Shown here: piece after piece, positions 37,575 through 50,309 of the stretch
How the letters are laid out: every line of letters begins with the position of its first letter
How positions within the stretch are numbered: the first letter of the stretch is position 1
Assembly: GCF_009914755.1 (NCBI RefSeq)
Contig: NC_060934.1
DNA: 64,000 nt
From: the human T2T-CHM13v2.0 reference genome, Homo sapiens
Direction: 5' to 3' (one strand)
Program-made: the position numbers and the translations under genes
Notes under the pieces: generated by a model
What the model saw: only the letters and a program-made list of their open reading frames with translations
The model's database searches: none
Told to the model about the DNA's origin: nothing

Positions 37575-40500
37575 CACTTAACAGCCTGTACAGGAAAATG
37601 AGCCTTAGTTGTAGCCCCAAGGAAATCCAAACCCATGCTTGTGAGATATGGAGAAACCACTGGTTGCCTAGAGAAAGCATTAAGGTGTATTTCCAGTTCC
37701 CCTTTCATGTTGGTGAAAGACACCTATTCACACTCTAATTAATCATGGGAGATAAGCATGTTACCTTCTGCACCTTGACTTTGCTCGTGAGCACCTGGCT
37801 TTCCTCTTCCTCCTTCTCCCCTCTCTCCCTGTCTCAGTGTGCATCTGTGCAGATGTGGGCCAGTCCCCCTGTAACCAGTGGTTACAGAATGATACCATCT
37901 GTTCTAAGATGTGGTCAGCTTTACTTCTCAGGAGTCCTGTCCTACAATTCAGAGCACCCCTAGATGGGATGGAACCAGTGCTTTATGATCATGTTCCTCT
38001 TCTCTGTGCCCTGTCCTTCGGCACCCCCATGTTAGTCATGATCCTCATTGTGCAGGGCTGGCTGGACTGAGAATTGCAACTCCAGGACAGCAGGGAGCTT
38101 TGGGACTAGGCACGCAGGGGTTTTGTCATCCATTTGAACCATAATTTGCATATTTTCTTACGGCCTCCCTTTGTCTTTTCTAAACAAATGAGGCAGACAC
38201 TTGAACAGTAATGCTGGAGAATGTTTTTTCTAGGAGACTTTGTAAGCAAATCTGATTTTAAGATGAAATGTGAATGAGAAACTAGGTGCCAGGGAATTTA
38301 GCACTGAACTAGACAGTCAAAACTTTTTTAACTTTGCAGGAAGAAATAAATTTTGCTCTCGTCTAAATGTTCACAAGAAGTAATGTTGTAAATAGTTTTC
38401 TAAAAATATTTATTACTTGTGCTGTATACAAATTCATGTTCTGAGTGATGTTGGTTTGCATTGTAGTATTATAGAATATATTTTGAGCAGTGGACTTCCT
38501 TTCATAACACAGTTCACACATGGAGAAAGAACAAAAACCAGCAGGTTGAGAGCTGTTTGGGGCCTTTGATCTGTAATGTTACATCAAATCTGAGCTTTAA
38601 CTGCCCCCTCTTCTCATCTGGTTATGTTATATTATATATATATATTATATATATATATATACAGGTGTATGATAAACTGGTCAGTGGTCAGTACTCAGAT
38701 CTGCAGAGCAGATTTCCAGATGTTCTTTCTGATGTGTTGCCCATAAGCAATAAGATCCTAGGTAATAACATTTATTCCAGGGCCCACATTGGCCCTTGTC
38801 TCAGAGGATAGGGTGGGGGTAGAACAGCTCTTGCTAAGACCTCTTGCCTTTGCTGGAGAGGTTGCTGTACTTGAATTTTTGCTTCTGTTTGTCTGCACGC
38901 TCCTTCATGTCATAGAACTCTAGCAATGGATGAGAAATCTGCCAGCACCAGACACATCAAAATTGGGCACATAGATGGAAAATTTTGCAATTTTTCATGA
39001 ATTTATAGGGTTTCCAGAATCTAGTTGAGGCAAAGCTCATTTGGCTATAGAGTAAATGTAAGACTTGTTACAACAGAAATTTAAGTGGCCAGTTCAATGT
39101 CCTTTGGCTATATTTGACCTACCTTTAAAACCTAGCCCATTTCATATCAGCCTCTTCTGTGCCTGGGCTTGAAATGTCTAAAGCTGCCTTCGTGTCTGGG
39201 ATTACACCATGTAGGTCAGTATAAAGAGGGCAGTCACTCCTCCATTTCTCCCAGCGTGTCCAGTTCAGCAGATTTCTAAAGCTGTTAAGCAGCCTCTCTT
39301 TTTGACCGTCCTAAACTTTGTGAAAATAAATACCCCACACCCAGATAACCATTAATAGAAGTAATGTAGTTTTTTAGGCTTTTGGAATATGTCTTCTCTT
39401 TTGTATTTATGATGGTGTTTGGAATTTTTCACTAGTGTATTTTTAGACTGAAGTGGGTGCATTAGGATAAAACTTTCCCTTGCTGAGCCTGAAGGCAAGC
39501 AAGAGGGAAGAAATTGACCTGTATTGTATCATTGGGGAGGCGACTACTTCTTGTGGTGGTAGGGGGTGGGGGGAATGGGGCATTGTAGATTATGTGGGGG
39601 TACAATAGAATTCTGGCCTGAGGCTCCCCAAGTCTTATTACCTTGTATGAAAAATCCCCATATTAGCCTCACTTAATCTCAATAGAAGCCTGCTGTTTAC
39701 CCTCAGGGAACAAGTAGTTTTCAAAATTGAGCTCCTCCAAGGTCATTGGCCAATGCTGTGTGCAGGCATTGGTCATCTTTGTAAACTCATGGCATTATTT
39801 CCTCATATGCATTATGATACTAAGAAATTCAACCCCAACCTGTATGAAAAGCACAGCCCAGGGCCCTAATTGAGGCTAGCATGAATGCCTTTGAGGGGCC
39901 AGGGGGCCATAGGAGGCCCATGCAATTTAACTGAAGCTCAGGTGCCACGTTGGATTTTTATTCTTATTAGGCCGCAACCTTTCTGAATGAGTTTAGGGCA
40001 GGGGCTGCTGATCCGGCTGTGGATTCAGGGAGCTCTAAAATGAATCTCTACCGTTCCTTTAAAGGTCTTTCTGGTTCCTCCCAGTGTTGTCATTGCTGAG
40101 GTCGATCTCGTAGTTGTTCAGTTGTGCTCTTTTTGCTGTCTTGTGAGTCTTAGCCAGTGATCCAGCTGCCCAAGGACAGGGCCTCCAGAGGGCCTAGCGC
40201 CCTCCTGGTACCAAGCGTGTGCTCCTGGCCTGTGTGACAGTGTCTTTCCCGAAGCAGTGAAATGAGAAATTCTGCAAGTGGCCACCCGGAAGATCAGTCT
40301 GTAGCTCTTGGGCCTGGATTTCTACTATGTTAGTGAGTGTAGGAATATACTGTGTCTTTAATGGATGAAAATTCAATGTATGCTGTGAATTTGTTGGTTT
40401 GAAACATTGAAATTTTTCATTAGACAATGTTTACATACCTCACCTGAAGAACCTTTGAGAGTGTATATATAAAATTTTAAAATATATTAAGTTGCTTTAA

Positions 40501-40819
40501 AACAATATGTATAGCTATAAAAGTTGGAGTTATTTTAACTTTGAATATGTACCAAGTCTCTTAAATATTGAAATCTTGTAGACTTCTTGTGCTTCTGTGT
40601 TTTGCTTTCCTATCAGGCCATGTAGGAAACTGTGTTCTTGTTATTGGTAGAGGGGCCCTCACTGAAATCCAAGCTTGGAAGGATGTCCTGTGTTGTTTCA
40701 GATTCTCTTGTTTGGTTTTGAAGGATGCGGTGTGGAGCCAGAGGATGTGTGGGAGGGGTTTCTCTAACACTGACTTCTATTCCATGAGCTTTTTCAAGGC
40801 GCTTATTTTATGGCAGCGT

Positions 40820-40825
40820 ATTAAA
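40820..40825 (+). terminator. LCOR: Distal poly(A) signal of the PALI1 isoform
   Basis: ATTAAA, CA about 14 nt downstream, then GTGTGTCTGTGT. Confidence 0.65.
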
Positions 40826-41774
40826 CTTCTTTGATATTCAAGTGTGTCTGTGTAGTCACTGAAGAGGGCACAGAACGCCTTGAAGCCGGGCATTCAACTT
40901 GCAGCCTAAGGCAAAATTGATGAGTTGCCAGAAGGAACCACAAAGCAATACTTCCACCAAGTGTCAGGGCTTAGAGAAACCTTGTTTGCTAATGTAAGTA
41001 ATAAATCATTTTGTGAGTTCTGCCTAACTTCAGGGAAAAGAAAAGGCAATGGAGGAATCCTTGAGATTCCCATGGCAGGGTTGGAAAGGTGCCAGCATTT
41101 CATCCTGAGGGGCAGGGAGCAATGGAGGGCAAACTCCTGACCTCAGGCTAGCCACTGGGAAGTGTGCAGGCCACAGGCCAGGGCTGCCCCAGCTCTCAAT
41201 GCCCTTGTTGGAGTATGGCAGAAAAAGTCCTTCGATTTGCTAGCCTCATGAGTTTTTCATTATATTCTTTCAACTCTGCTTGAAGTGGGTCAGCGTAAGG
41301 GCCCACAAGCGGCTCATCTGACTGTGCCATCACTGTGCAGAACCACATCCAGCAAAAATAACCCCACAGCTGACTGCCAGGCCACCCCTCTGAATCTGAA
41401 GTTGGAAGATTACCTCATTCCAGATTAGTTGTTTTCATTGTTAAGATAGACCTCTTTTCCTCCAGTAGTCATCCTGTAGTGGAGTAATGAAAATACTGAC
41501 CCAAGAGGTGCAGACTGGCTGCCTTGGGGTGAGGGGACATCTCAAAAATTAACTCTGAGGGCTTTGGGCTTAGGGATGATAGAGATGTGTCTAGAGATGT
41601 GTCATCACCAATCTCAGGAAAACTTGGCAGCTCTAGTAATCAGGATGTCGCCCATTGGAAGTCTGGGCACTGCTTTTTGGCCTCCACCCTCCCAACCAAG
41701 CCCGGCTGTGCCCATTCCCTTGGCTGGGGATTTCCCTTTAGCAGTGAAATTTGCCACTGATTTTACTTTAACTC

Positions 41775-42170
41775 AGAAATAGCAAACTGGTGGCCTACAG
41801 ATGTGTTTTCTTTAGCCTAGTGTTTAAAAAAATACTTCGTGAGCTTTTTTTTACATAAAGATTGAGAGTTCTGACTTTTGTAAAAAAATTAAAAAGATGA
41901 AGATTTGACAGAATTAACTCACGGTAAGAGTCAGCTGGCATGAGATTGGAAAACGTGCCTTTCAGGTCACCACAGCCCCTGACTGTCAGTTCCCATTTGT
42001 CACTGTTTCTTCACGGCAGGGGAATGGGTCTGTGTACGTGCAGCCTTATCAGAAGTGACAGCCAGGTGACTGACAGGTAACCAACTGACCTTGTGAGACG
42101 GGAGCATCCAACCCCATTGGAACGCATTTTCTCTCCTGCACACTGTTCGTTACATTTCCTCCAAAATCCC
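41775..42170. mobile_element. Old hAT-Charlie (MER102-like) remnant
   Basis: GCAAACTGGTGGCCTACAGATGTGTTTTCTTTAGCC resembles a MER102 terminus. Boundaries approximate. Confidence 0.4.
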
Positions 42171-44812
42171 TGACTTTTTTGAAGGCACTGAAGTTATATC
42201 AAGTGGCCACTTTCAAGATGACCCATGTGCTGTTAAGGTGTGGCTTGTGTGACCATTGCCCTGGCCCAATTTTCCACAGAAACCTGTCCATGGCGCTGGC
42301 TCATGGTCCCGGCTCAGGCTTCCCTTTAGTGTCAGTGACCCTGCCCAGCCTGCCTGCCCAGGCCTGGCCTTACCCAGACATCCATCCTGAGTGAGTGAGT
42401 CCTATAAAATCGTGCTTGCAGTGTTCTCATCTGAATGGTGATGGAGCCACTGCAGACGTATGTGTGTGTGCCTGCTTTCTCCACCAATTTCTAAGAGCCA
42501 CTGTGCTGGGGACAGGAAAGTGAACCTCACAGGGCATCTGAGAAGTCACACTATATAGATTGCCCCGATGGCTCCGAAACCCTTAGAGCCAAATTAAAGA
42601 TGGGTGTGGCTCTGTGCACAAACTTACAGAATGTCCATGTCACGGCAATTACTTGAAGGGAGATGAGGATGAGCAGCCTCCCCAGCTCGGCCGTGCACTG
42701 ACAGACCCCGGGGGGGTGTCCCCCAGCCCTCTCCCAGGACCCCCTCCTTCAGGAGGAATGGACTTCAGGAAAAGCAGGGAGTTCCAGGGACAGACATCCT
42801 ACGTGTGTAGCCCCTTGGAGCCATCCCTGGATGATGGCCCATATGCGATCAGCCCAGAAGCCCTAGGAGAGAATGCCAGCAGCACCCGGCCCGCCCTTGG
42901 TGGAGAAAAAGAGACCAACAAGGCAGAGTGACTCAATGTCATGTTCACATGGAAGACAACAGACAATATCGACATAGTCTAAAACAATACTTCCAGGGCA
43001 GGTGCAGCTCCCTCATGGGCCTGTTCTAAACCAGCCTCTAGGAGTTGATCCAAACAAGACGACTACAGAAACCCCCAACAAAACGTGCCACGACCACATA
43101 GCATCTGAAAGGCAAAACAAGACGCTGGATGTTGACTTTAACATATAAAAATACTGTAACAAAATGAAATACAAATATATATTAGAATCTGTAAGTATTC
43201 TGTATAAAGAGATACTTTTGCGGTTAGGCTACCAGCAGGCAAAGAGGAGACAAAGTCCAGCCTTTTCCACTTCCTGACACCTTCACCGGGAGCCCCGGCC
43301 CTGTTGCCAGTGGTGTTGCAAGGCCACAGCTCCCTCCGGACGCACCCTGCTGTATCTCTTCATGCCTAAAATGCAGAGCGAACTAGGGGTCTTCACAAAG
43401 GGGGACAAGATGTGGAGAGAGGACTTCTCAGAGGGGTGATTTTGCAGTAGCCACCTTCCGGACTTTCAAGCGGAGTGTGAATAGGCAACGTGAGTGCTGA
43501 CTCAGGTCCTTAGCAACTCGCTGGCTGATGGCCAAGTTGGAGAAAAAGTTGATCCTGGGGCACACAGCTCTCACATCATCTCATGGTGGATTCCAATCCT
43601 CAGACTGCACTGAGGTCAGCGCTGCTGTGCTAGGAGGCTGGGCCATGTGGTGGGGCCGGTCAGGGGAGCCTTAAGCTCACATGGTGCTCCCTAGGAACAA
43701 ACATGCCAGCCGCTCACCTCCCAGCCCCATGGCGCCAGGTGAGGGGTGAGCATCACCTGTCTACAGGTGTCCTTTCCACCTCCTGCAGAATGAAGAGGCC
43801 TCCTGCCAGCCAGTGCCCTTCAAGCCTGGGAATTGGCTTCTCCAGGGTGGTGGGGAATGGTGGTGGCCAGGAAAGCTATCTTTCTCAGGGTTGGTGAGTC
43901 CCAGAGCACCTTTCTTCCAGGGAAGAGGCAAGCTAGCTGCCCTTGAGCTTTTCTGCCCTATCCAGCCCGGTGCAGATGCTCTGCAGGGTCCCACGGTGGC
44001 CTGGAAACTCAGAGAGGGATGCCATGTGGGCCTGGGAGAAGCCCCATGAGGCCCAGGCTGCAGTCTACTTGGGGGTGGGGGCGGGCATTGTGGCCTTGCT
44101 CAGAGCTCCAAGCAAGTAGATCCCAGCCCCCTGGTGAGGGGCAGATCCTGCCATGAGGACACCTGCCACATTGGGCAGGGCACTGCCCTCTTCCCATCAC
44201 AGGGACCCCAGGACTCACAGTTGCTAGATTGAGTCCCCATGGCATGAGACATGCCAGGCACCTCTACCCCAGTTCTAGCCTTCTAATCAGCATCAAGGGC
44301 TCCCCTCACTGCCCTGGGCAGGGGACAGGGACACAATGCCACTCTGAGCCTCACCTGAACATACACCCAGCCATGCCTCCTGGTCACAGATGGAGGGAGC
44401 CAGGGCAGGGACATGCTCACCCCCGTTGCCCACCAGAACCCCCGGGGGTGTGCCCTCTTGGTGAGCCCTCTGGGGAAGGAGAGTGCAACTTTGCCTCCCT
44501 TTAGCCCATTCACAGTTTGGCCTCACAAACCATCTTTCTACATTTTCACTGTGTATGGAAGAGAAGACAACGTGGGCAGGCAATCGTATATTCAGGGCCT
44601 CTTCTTCTTCCACCACTGGCTCCTTCGTTGCCAGCAACTCCCTGGCCTGGGCCGCTGTCTGTGGCTGGAGCCCCCACTCAGCTCAACTCTTCCCGGGCAT
44701 CCTGGTCATTCCTGCGATGCTCTGGGATGAGTTCACATCTGTCCATTAGGCCAGAACGTCCACAATCCCCAGCCCCGGGTTAGGCACATAAATACTTTTG
44801 ATGTGATCAATG

Positions 44813-44835
44813 TAGATAGATAGATAGATAGATAG
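44813..44835. repeat. (TAGA)n microsatellite
   Basis: Direct read, ~6 units. Confidence 0.9.
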
Positions 44836-45719
44836 GTCTTCTAACTCCTCTGGCCTCCCAAGACCACAGTGGGGGAGTCTGCACTGTTCCTTTAGTCATC
44901 CCGCCCCCCACCTCTGGCCATTTTATAGCTGAAGAACCCAAGGCCCAGGTGGGGAGAAGTTTGCCCCGAGTGATAGAGCCAGCAGGGACTTCCCAATGCC
45001 TGGAGCACTGTCCCTTCCACTGCTCCCTACTGGCCTGCGGTGTGAAGGACTCTGAACCAGCTGCTCCCAGGTCAAGCACCCTGGCCCAGACCCTCACACC
45101 CAGTCCCTCTACCAATAGGTCACCGACAGCTTGTGGCTGACTGGTGGCTGGGGAAGCCCAGGACCAATACTCCTACTGTGGCCAGTGTCTGGAGGCAGAT
45201 GATGTTTGTTTATCTAGAGCAAAGAACCCTCTGCCCTCTTTAGTGGGGTCTGCCACCCTGAGCAGCCCCTGTGACTGTTTCCTCCACATAAGCCCTCGCA
45301 GCTACAGTAGTCATGCTAGAACTTTAGGATTCAGAGGCCTGGTCCTAAGAACCACCTCCACCCACAGCCTCGTTCCCAAGCCGTGGCTGCAGAGCTGCCA
45401 GTCAGCCCAGGGGGCAAGGGTCCGACCCTCCCTGGCCAGCAGGAGGCGGCACCCCCGCTCCAGAGCCTGGCCTACCACCAGCAGATTCTGTAGCAGCAGA
45501 ATGAACCAGGCTGGCTTCCCGGGGAGGCTGACAGTACTTCATGGTTGCCCGCAGAGGGGTAAGAGGCTTCTGGGGCCACAGACCCAGTTCCAAGCCAGCC
45601 TGGGCCACAGGCCAAAGGGAAGGGTTGGTTTGGAAGGCTGTCATTTTTCTTCTCCAGATTCAGATAGCAGGTAAGGAGGGGTGTCATCGTTCTGCACTTC
45701 TTGGCCTGACCTCACGCAC

Positions 45720-45768
45720 ACATTCACTCAACAAATATTTATTAAGCGCCTATTTGTGCAAGGCACTT
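45720..45768 (-). terminator. SLIT1: L2 3'-end fragment carrying AATAAA (45743-45738), candidate proximal SLIT1 poly(A) signal
   Basis: The minus strand reads AGTGCCTTGCACAAATAGGCGCTTAATAAATATTTGTTGAGTGAATG, the L2 terminal consensus pattern, about 254 nt after the SLIT1 stop. Confidence 0.65.
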
Positions 45769-45996
45769 CCGGAGAGGGCAGCCCGCAGCTCAGGCCTCGC
45801 CCACCCCCGCTGCCCCCAGCTATGGCGCAATTTGCTTTTAAAAGGCTGCTCTGGCACCACCCCACCCAGGAGGGCCCAGCTGCCCAGGAGCCGTCCTGTG
45901 ATGACCTGCACCCCAGCCCAGCTGCTGGCGACTGTCTCCGCTGCTGCAGCGGCTGGGGCCCCTTGCCCGCCCTCACCGGCCTGTCCACGCCCAGCG

Positions 45997-46235
45997 CTAT
46001 GCGCAGAGGGCACAGCCACACTTGGTGGGCTTTTCCACCTCCTCGGCAAAAGAGGTCCCATCGCTGCACTCAAAGGTGAACTTCCTCCGCTTCAGCCGAA
46101 GGCCCTGGCAGCAGCCCTGGCCTGGGCACGAGCCCCGGCACTCCACCCATGACAGGGGGCGCGTGGTCTGGCAGATGGCATAGCCCCTCTGGACCTGGTG
46201 AAAGTCCCGGACAGGGTCCCCCCGGCACTCGGACT
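45997..46235 (-). CDS. SLIT1: SLIT1 last coding exon (C-terminal cystine knot)
   Basis: Acceptor CCCATCCAG|AG; [25 protein letters not shown]...KCGCALCA*; stop 45999-45997. Confidence 0.96.
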
Positions 46236-47042
46236 CTGGATGGGACAGACACCAAGAGAAAGCCTCAGGGCACACCCATGGGTGAGCTGCTGCCTCCAGG
46301 GAGGCAGGAGGAAGAGGAGGAGGAGGGCAGCATCTGTGGGGTGGATCCTTTGGCTCTCAGACCCCACCTCTGTCCCCAGCATACTTCCGCCTCCCACTGA
46401 CATGCACAAGCTTCCTCCCAGGGCCTACAGTCTGGTCCTAGCGTCAGGGCCCTCCAGGACAGACTGAACTGCTGGAGGGAGGGGGGGTCCCCATTGCTAG
46501 AGGCGTGCAAGAGAGGCTGGAGGCCCCGGGGGCAATAACATTATGAAAAGGATTCATGCTGGGGAGGGGATAGCCTAGGGGACCCTTAAGGTGCCTGAGT
46601 TCTGGGTTTCTCCAGCTTCTCCCTGCCCAGCCTTAGCAGTCCGGATTCCAGCAGAAGCCATCTTGGTCAAGCAGGCCAGGGAGGGCCTGGGAAGGAGTCC
46701 CCAACCCTCGGACTTCCTGCTGCCGCTCCCAGGTCATGAGGTGATGGGGCCAAGAGGCAGAGGTTGGGCCAGGAGCTGTTACCCTGGGTGGTCTCTTCTG
46801 CAAGGAGAGACCCCAGCCAGAAGAGGCGCATACCCTGAATAAGGGAGCTGCAGGGCAAACTGGGCCAGGAGAGATTGGGAGCAGTGCCCAGAGGGTGGAG
46901 GGACTCTGAAAGCCCCATAGTAGCCCATGGTACAGGGCTGGGAAGGGACAGAAGGGCTGCCGAGACTGGGAGGAAGAGTCAAATTGCTAAAGCAATTTGT
47001 GGGGGACCCTGGGGAGGGCACGTCAGGAGGGGGGCCCCTGAC

Positions 47043-47254
47043 CTTGCTCACACAGCTCGCCCGAAAAGCCGGGGTCACACACACAGTGTGCCCCCTTGGT
47101 GCCTGAGGCCTGGCAGTGGCCATGCAGGCACTGCAGGCCTCTGCAGGGCTCTGCCAGGGCCCCGGCCTGGTTGCACAGTGCCCCCGAGTACCCATCCTGG
47201 CACTGGCAGCTGTAGGAAAGAGCGTCGAGGGGCACGCATTGCCCATGGACACAC
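47043..47254 (-). CDS. SLIT1: SLIT1 exon (last two EGF repeats)
   Basis: CTCCAG|G...CAAG|GTCAGG; [18 protein letters not shown]...FSGELCEQ; 212 nt, phases consistent. Confidence 0.95.
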
Positions 47255-47588
47255 CTGGAGGAGACAGAGAAAAGGCGCTGTGAGGACAAACCCAGCCAAG
47301 CCCCACCTGACACAGCCCGCCCCACCTGACACAGCCCACCCCACCCAGCCCTGACTTCACAGGTCTTTAATCTGTTCCCAAAACTGAAACAAAGGGAGTT
47401 GCATGCGACTATGTGTGTGTCCCTATAGGCCTTGTCCTATTAATAAAAAGTGAAAGCCAGATAAAAGTAATAAAACCCTGGCTTAGGCTACATGTTCTAA
47501 TATGGGTTGGAAAACTGTGAGGCAGCCCTTCCCATGGGGAAGGAACAGGTAGGCAGGGGCAAGGGCTCCCCCAGTGCCCCAGGCTCAC

Positions 47589-47877
47589 TTGTGGCCATGG
47601 CAGGGGCCGTCAGCGGGCTGGTCACAGTGCAGGCCCACCCAGCCAGCCTCGCAGTGGCACATGGGCCCTGGGGTGGCATTGGGCTGGCAGATGCCATGCA
47701 GGCAGTAGAGCTTGCGGCAGGGTTCGCAGCCTGGCACCACGCCTGGCTTCATCTGCGTCTTGGTGAAGTCCTGCAGCTCGTTGTTGATGTACAGGTTTCG
47801 GATGCAACCGTGGAAGCCGGTGCCGTTGAGGATCTGCCACAGGCGGAAGGCAGCTGAGTTGACATCCACGGGCATCC
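47589..47877 (-). CDS. SLIT1: SLIT1 exon (end of laminin-G + EGF)
   Basis: CCCCAG|GG...CACAA|GTGAGC; [15 protein letters not shown]...GPCHGHK; 289 nt. Confidence 0.95.
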
Positions 47878-48952
47878 CTGGGGTAGGGGAGGGAGCAGAG
47901 CTGGGCTGAGTAAAGCTCGGGCTATGCCGGGCACCCACCCCTGAGGTCTGGGCAGCTCCATGGCCTTCCCTCTTGCCTGCGGCCTCTGTCCTTCATCTCT
48001 GCAACCCTGATCCAAGGTCCTTTGCCACCTTGGAGGGCCCAGGCTCCTTGCCCAGAAGAAAGGGAAAAGCTGCTTCCTCTGTGATTGGAGCTGGGGCATC
48101 AGGCCTGGTGGTGGCCAGCTGCTGCGTGTGGCTCTGAGGTGCCTGTTCCTAAAGTCTGGCTTCCCTCGCCAAGGCGCCTTCTCTCCCTGGGACGCTAGCT
48201 TTTACCTCCCAGAGACCCCAGCCGTAGCAAAGGGGCAGGACCGAGACATCACGTGTGGCGCTAGGTCACTGCTTTTGTGGCTGTCCCTTCTCAGCAGCCC
48301 TCTGAAGTAGGGCTTGCTAAGCCCCATTTGACAGATGCTCATGACTGGCCTGAAGCTGCACAAGGAGTAAGCTGCGGAGCTGGGCTGAGGCCCAGGGCCA
48401 TCCCTCACCTCTGCCCCAGCCTCAGCACGCCTCCCACAGGGTGGAGATGGCCCCACTGCATCCAGCAGCCTGCTCATCAATACCGAGAAATGCTTGCAGG
48501 TGGTAGACGGGGTCATCTAGCCTGCAAAGCCTCTAAGGCCAGCCGAGGCAGTCCCTGGTTGATACAGGGACTCTGTGCCTGAGTCTCTTGCAGTGGTTCT
48601 GGGTCTCAGAGGGCCCCAAGACTGGGAATGGACCTGAAGCCATTGAAAAGCCCCTTCTAGCCCAAAACCAAGAGGAAATGTGCCCAAGGTGTTGCAGATA
48701 GCTCGGACAGTCCCAGGGCCTCCCCTAAGCCAGACCTTGCACCCAACCCAAGCATCCATCCTCCTTGGTCAGTCTGGGCTAGGCAGAGAGCAGCTGGGCT
48801 CCAGGCAGCGAGGCCAGTCCACCTGCAGCTTGGCCACCACCAGGATCATCTTCCCACTTGGCATTTCCCACAGTGCAGTCCCTAGGCACCAGCTCTCCTG
48901 GCTGGCCTCAGGCCAGACAGCAAAAGAGGCCCCGCCAGGGCCAGGTCCTCAC

Positions 48953-49107
48953 CTCCCACATAGAGTGGCGCCTCGCTGTTGAGCGTGTAATGTTTGCCAA
49001 AGTTGTCCATGGTCATGGGGCTCCCGCCATCAATGGAGAGATTCACCATCTGGTCAAAGGCAACCAGCTCAACGGTGTGGAATTGCCCATCGTTGATCGT
49101 CTCAGCA
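48953..49107 (-). CDS. SLIT1: SLIT1 exon (laminin-G)
   Basis: CTCCAG|T...GGGAG|GTGAGG; [15 protein letters not shown]...APLYVG; 155 nt. Confidence 0.95.
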
Positions 49108-49577
49108 CTGGAGGAAGAGGGGGTTCCCCGTTCCAGGGAGTGGGCATCAGTCTGGACCATCCCTGCCTGGGCACTTCCCCAGAAACACCAGTAGCTGCTT
49201 CCCAGGAGACCAAATATCTAAGGAAAAGGACTGTGGGGGCTCAAGGGTCTATCGCATGATCCCTTTCACTCCCCTTCTTTGACTCCCTGGGGAAGGCTGA
49301 GAGGTTTGAGGCAGGGGTCTCAAACTTACAAGTCTCCCCCTCCCCATTAAGGAGCCTCCTCTAAGGTGGTGGTGGGATGGGGAAGGATGGGGCCACTGCA
49401 CAGGCCTCAGAGACCTCAGCCCCAAGCTGGGGCTAACCCAGATGGTTCAAGTGTCCTTCAAACTCAGGCAGCCCAGGTTTCTAGAGGTCTCGATAACCAC
49501 CTGCTTTTGGCCCAGGAGACCTCGCCCTGGCAGTCCCGTACCCCTGAGGGCAGCTGGGGGGCATAAGGAAGCCCTAC

Positions 49578-49708
49578 CTGTAGATGGCAGAGCTGGGGTA
49601 GCTGCCTGGGTCGTAGCTGACACGCACATGGCCCTGGTACAGCTCAACTGCAATGTGGTCGTTGTCCCCGTTGTACAGAAGGATCCCATTGTCCTCTGCC
49701 GTGGAGAC
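49578..49708 (-). CDS. SLIT1: SLIT1 exon (laminin-G)
   Basis: CATCAG|GTC...TACAG|GTAGGG; [24 protein letters not shown]...; 131 nt. Confidence 0.95.
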
Positions 49709-50309
49709 CTGATGGGCAGTGGCACTTTCTCTCCCACCCCACCCCATGCAGCAGCGGCACAGGCTAGCAGATGGGGCAGAGAGGGCACCCAAGATTGGAA
49801 GAGAGATGCTCTGTGCAGAGCGCTCTTCCCCCACCTGGCCAGCCTCCCCAAGGCCATTCCTCCAGGGGGCACCAATAGGGGCTGCAGCCTCTGGTTCAAG
49901 CCCCATCCACTGCCAGCCTGGCCAGGTCCAGGCAGGGGAGGGTGATGGGTCCCTGAGGCCTGGAAACTCTGTGCCAGGAAGAGCAGCCAGGAGACCTCAG
50001 GACAATCTTCCCAGAGAGGAAAATTAGACTGGGACCCCTGTCTGCTGGGTGTGGGTAGCCTTGCCCTGTGGGCCTTGGGGAGCTAACTGCTCAGGGTGGG
50101 AACTACAGAGAGGACAAGTTCAGGAAGGCTCTCTGACAGCCAGAGTCATCCAAGCCTAGTGGAAGGAGCCACTCAGAAGGTAGTGTCTGTCGCTGGAACT
50201 GTGCAAGCAAAAGTGAGATCTTTGCCTCAGGAGGGAGATCCCTCTAAGATGCTGTAGGAGCCATGATCATTTTTCCCTGCCTTGTCCTGCTCCCTCCGTT
50301 TCTTCTGGT

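Larger units (their letters stand above)
30021..40845 (+). other. LCOR: PALI1 isoform long 3'UTR (~10.8 kb)
   Basis: AU-rich, few interspersed repeats, ends at ATTAAA 40820-40825 plus a GU-rich tract. Proximal AATAAA candidates at 32007, 38345 and 39325. Confidence 0.65.
42930..45996 (-). other. SLIT1: SLIT1 3'UTR (long form; distal end uncertain)
   Basis: Follows the SLIT1 stop. An AU-rich island at ~43130-43210 in GC-rich context looks like a 3'-end region (variant AATATA on the minus strand at 43178-43183). No canonical distal hexamer seen. Confidence 0.5.

Noticed and set aside
40194-40213. CTCF-like TGGTACCAGGAGGGCGCTAG on the minus strand
   Set aside because: Matches the 3' half but mismatches highly conserved core positions; not supportable by eye.
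43703-50027. Dense ORFs up to 203 aa in the SLIT1 UTR and introns (e.g. 45541-46152, 46779-47360)
   Set aside because: GC-rich sequence is depleted of stop codons; only the spliced SLIT1 frames have domain content.
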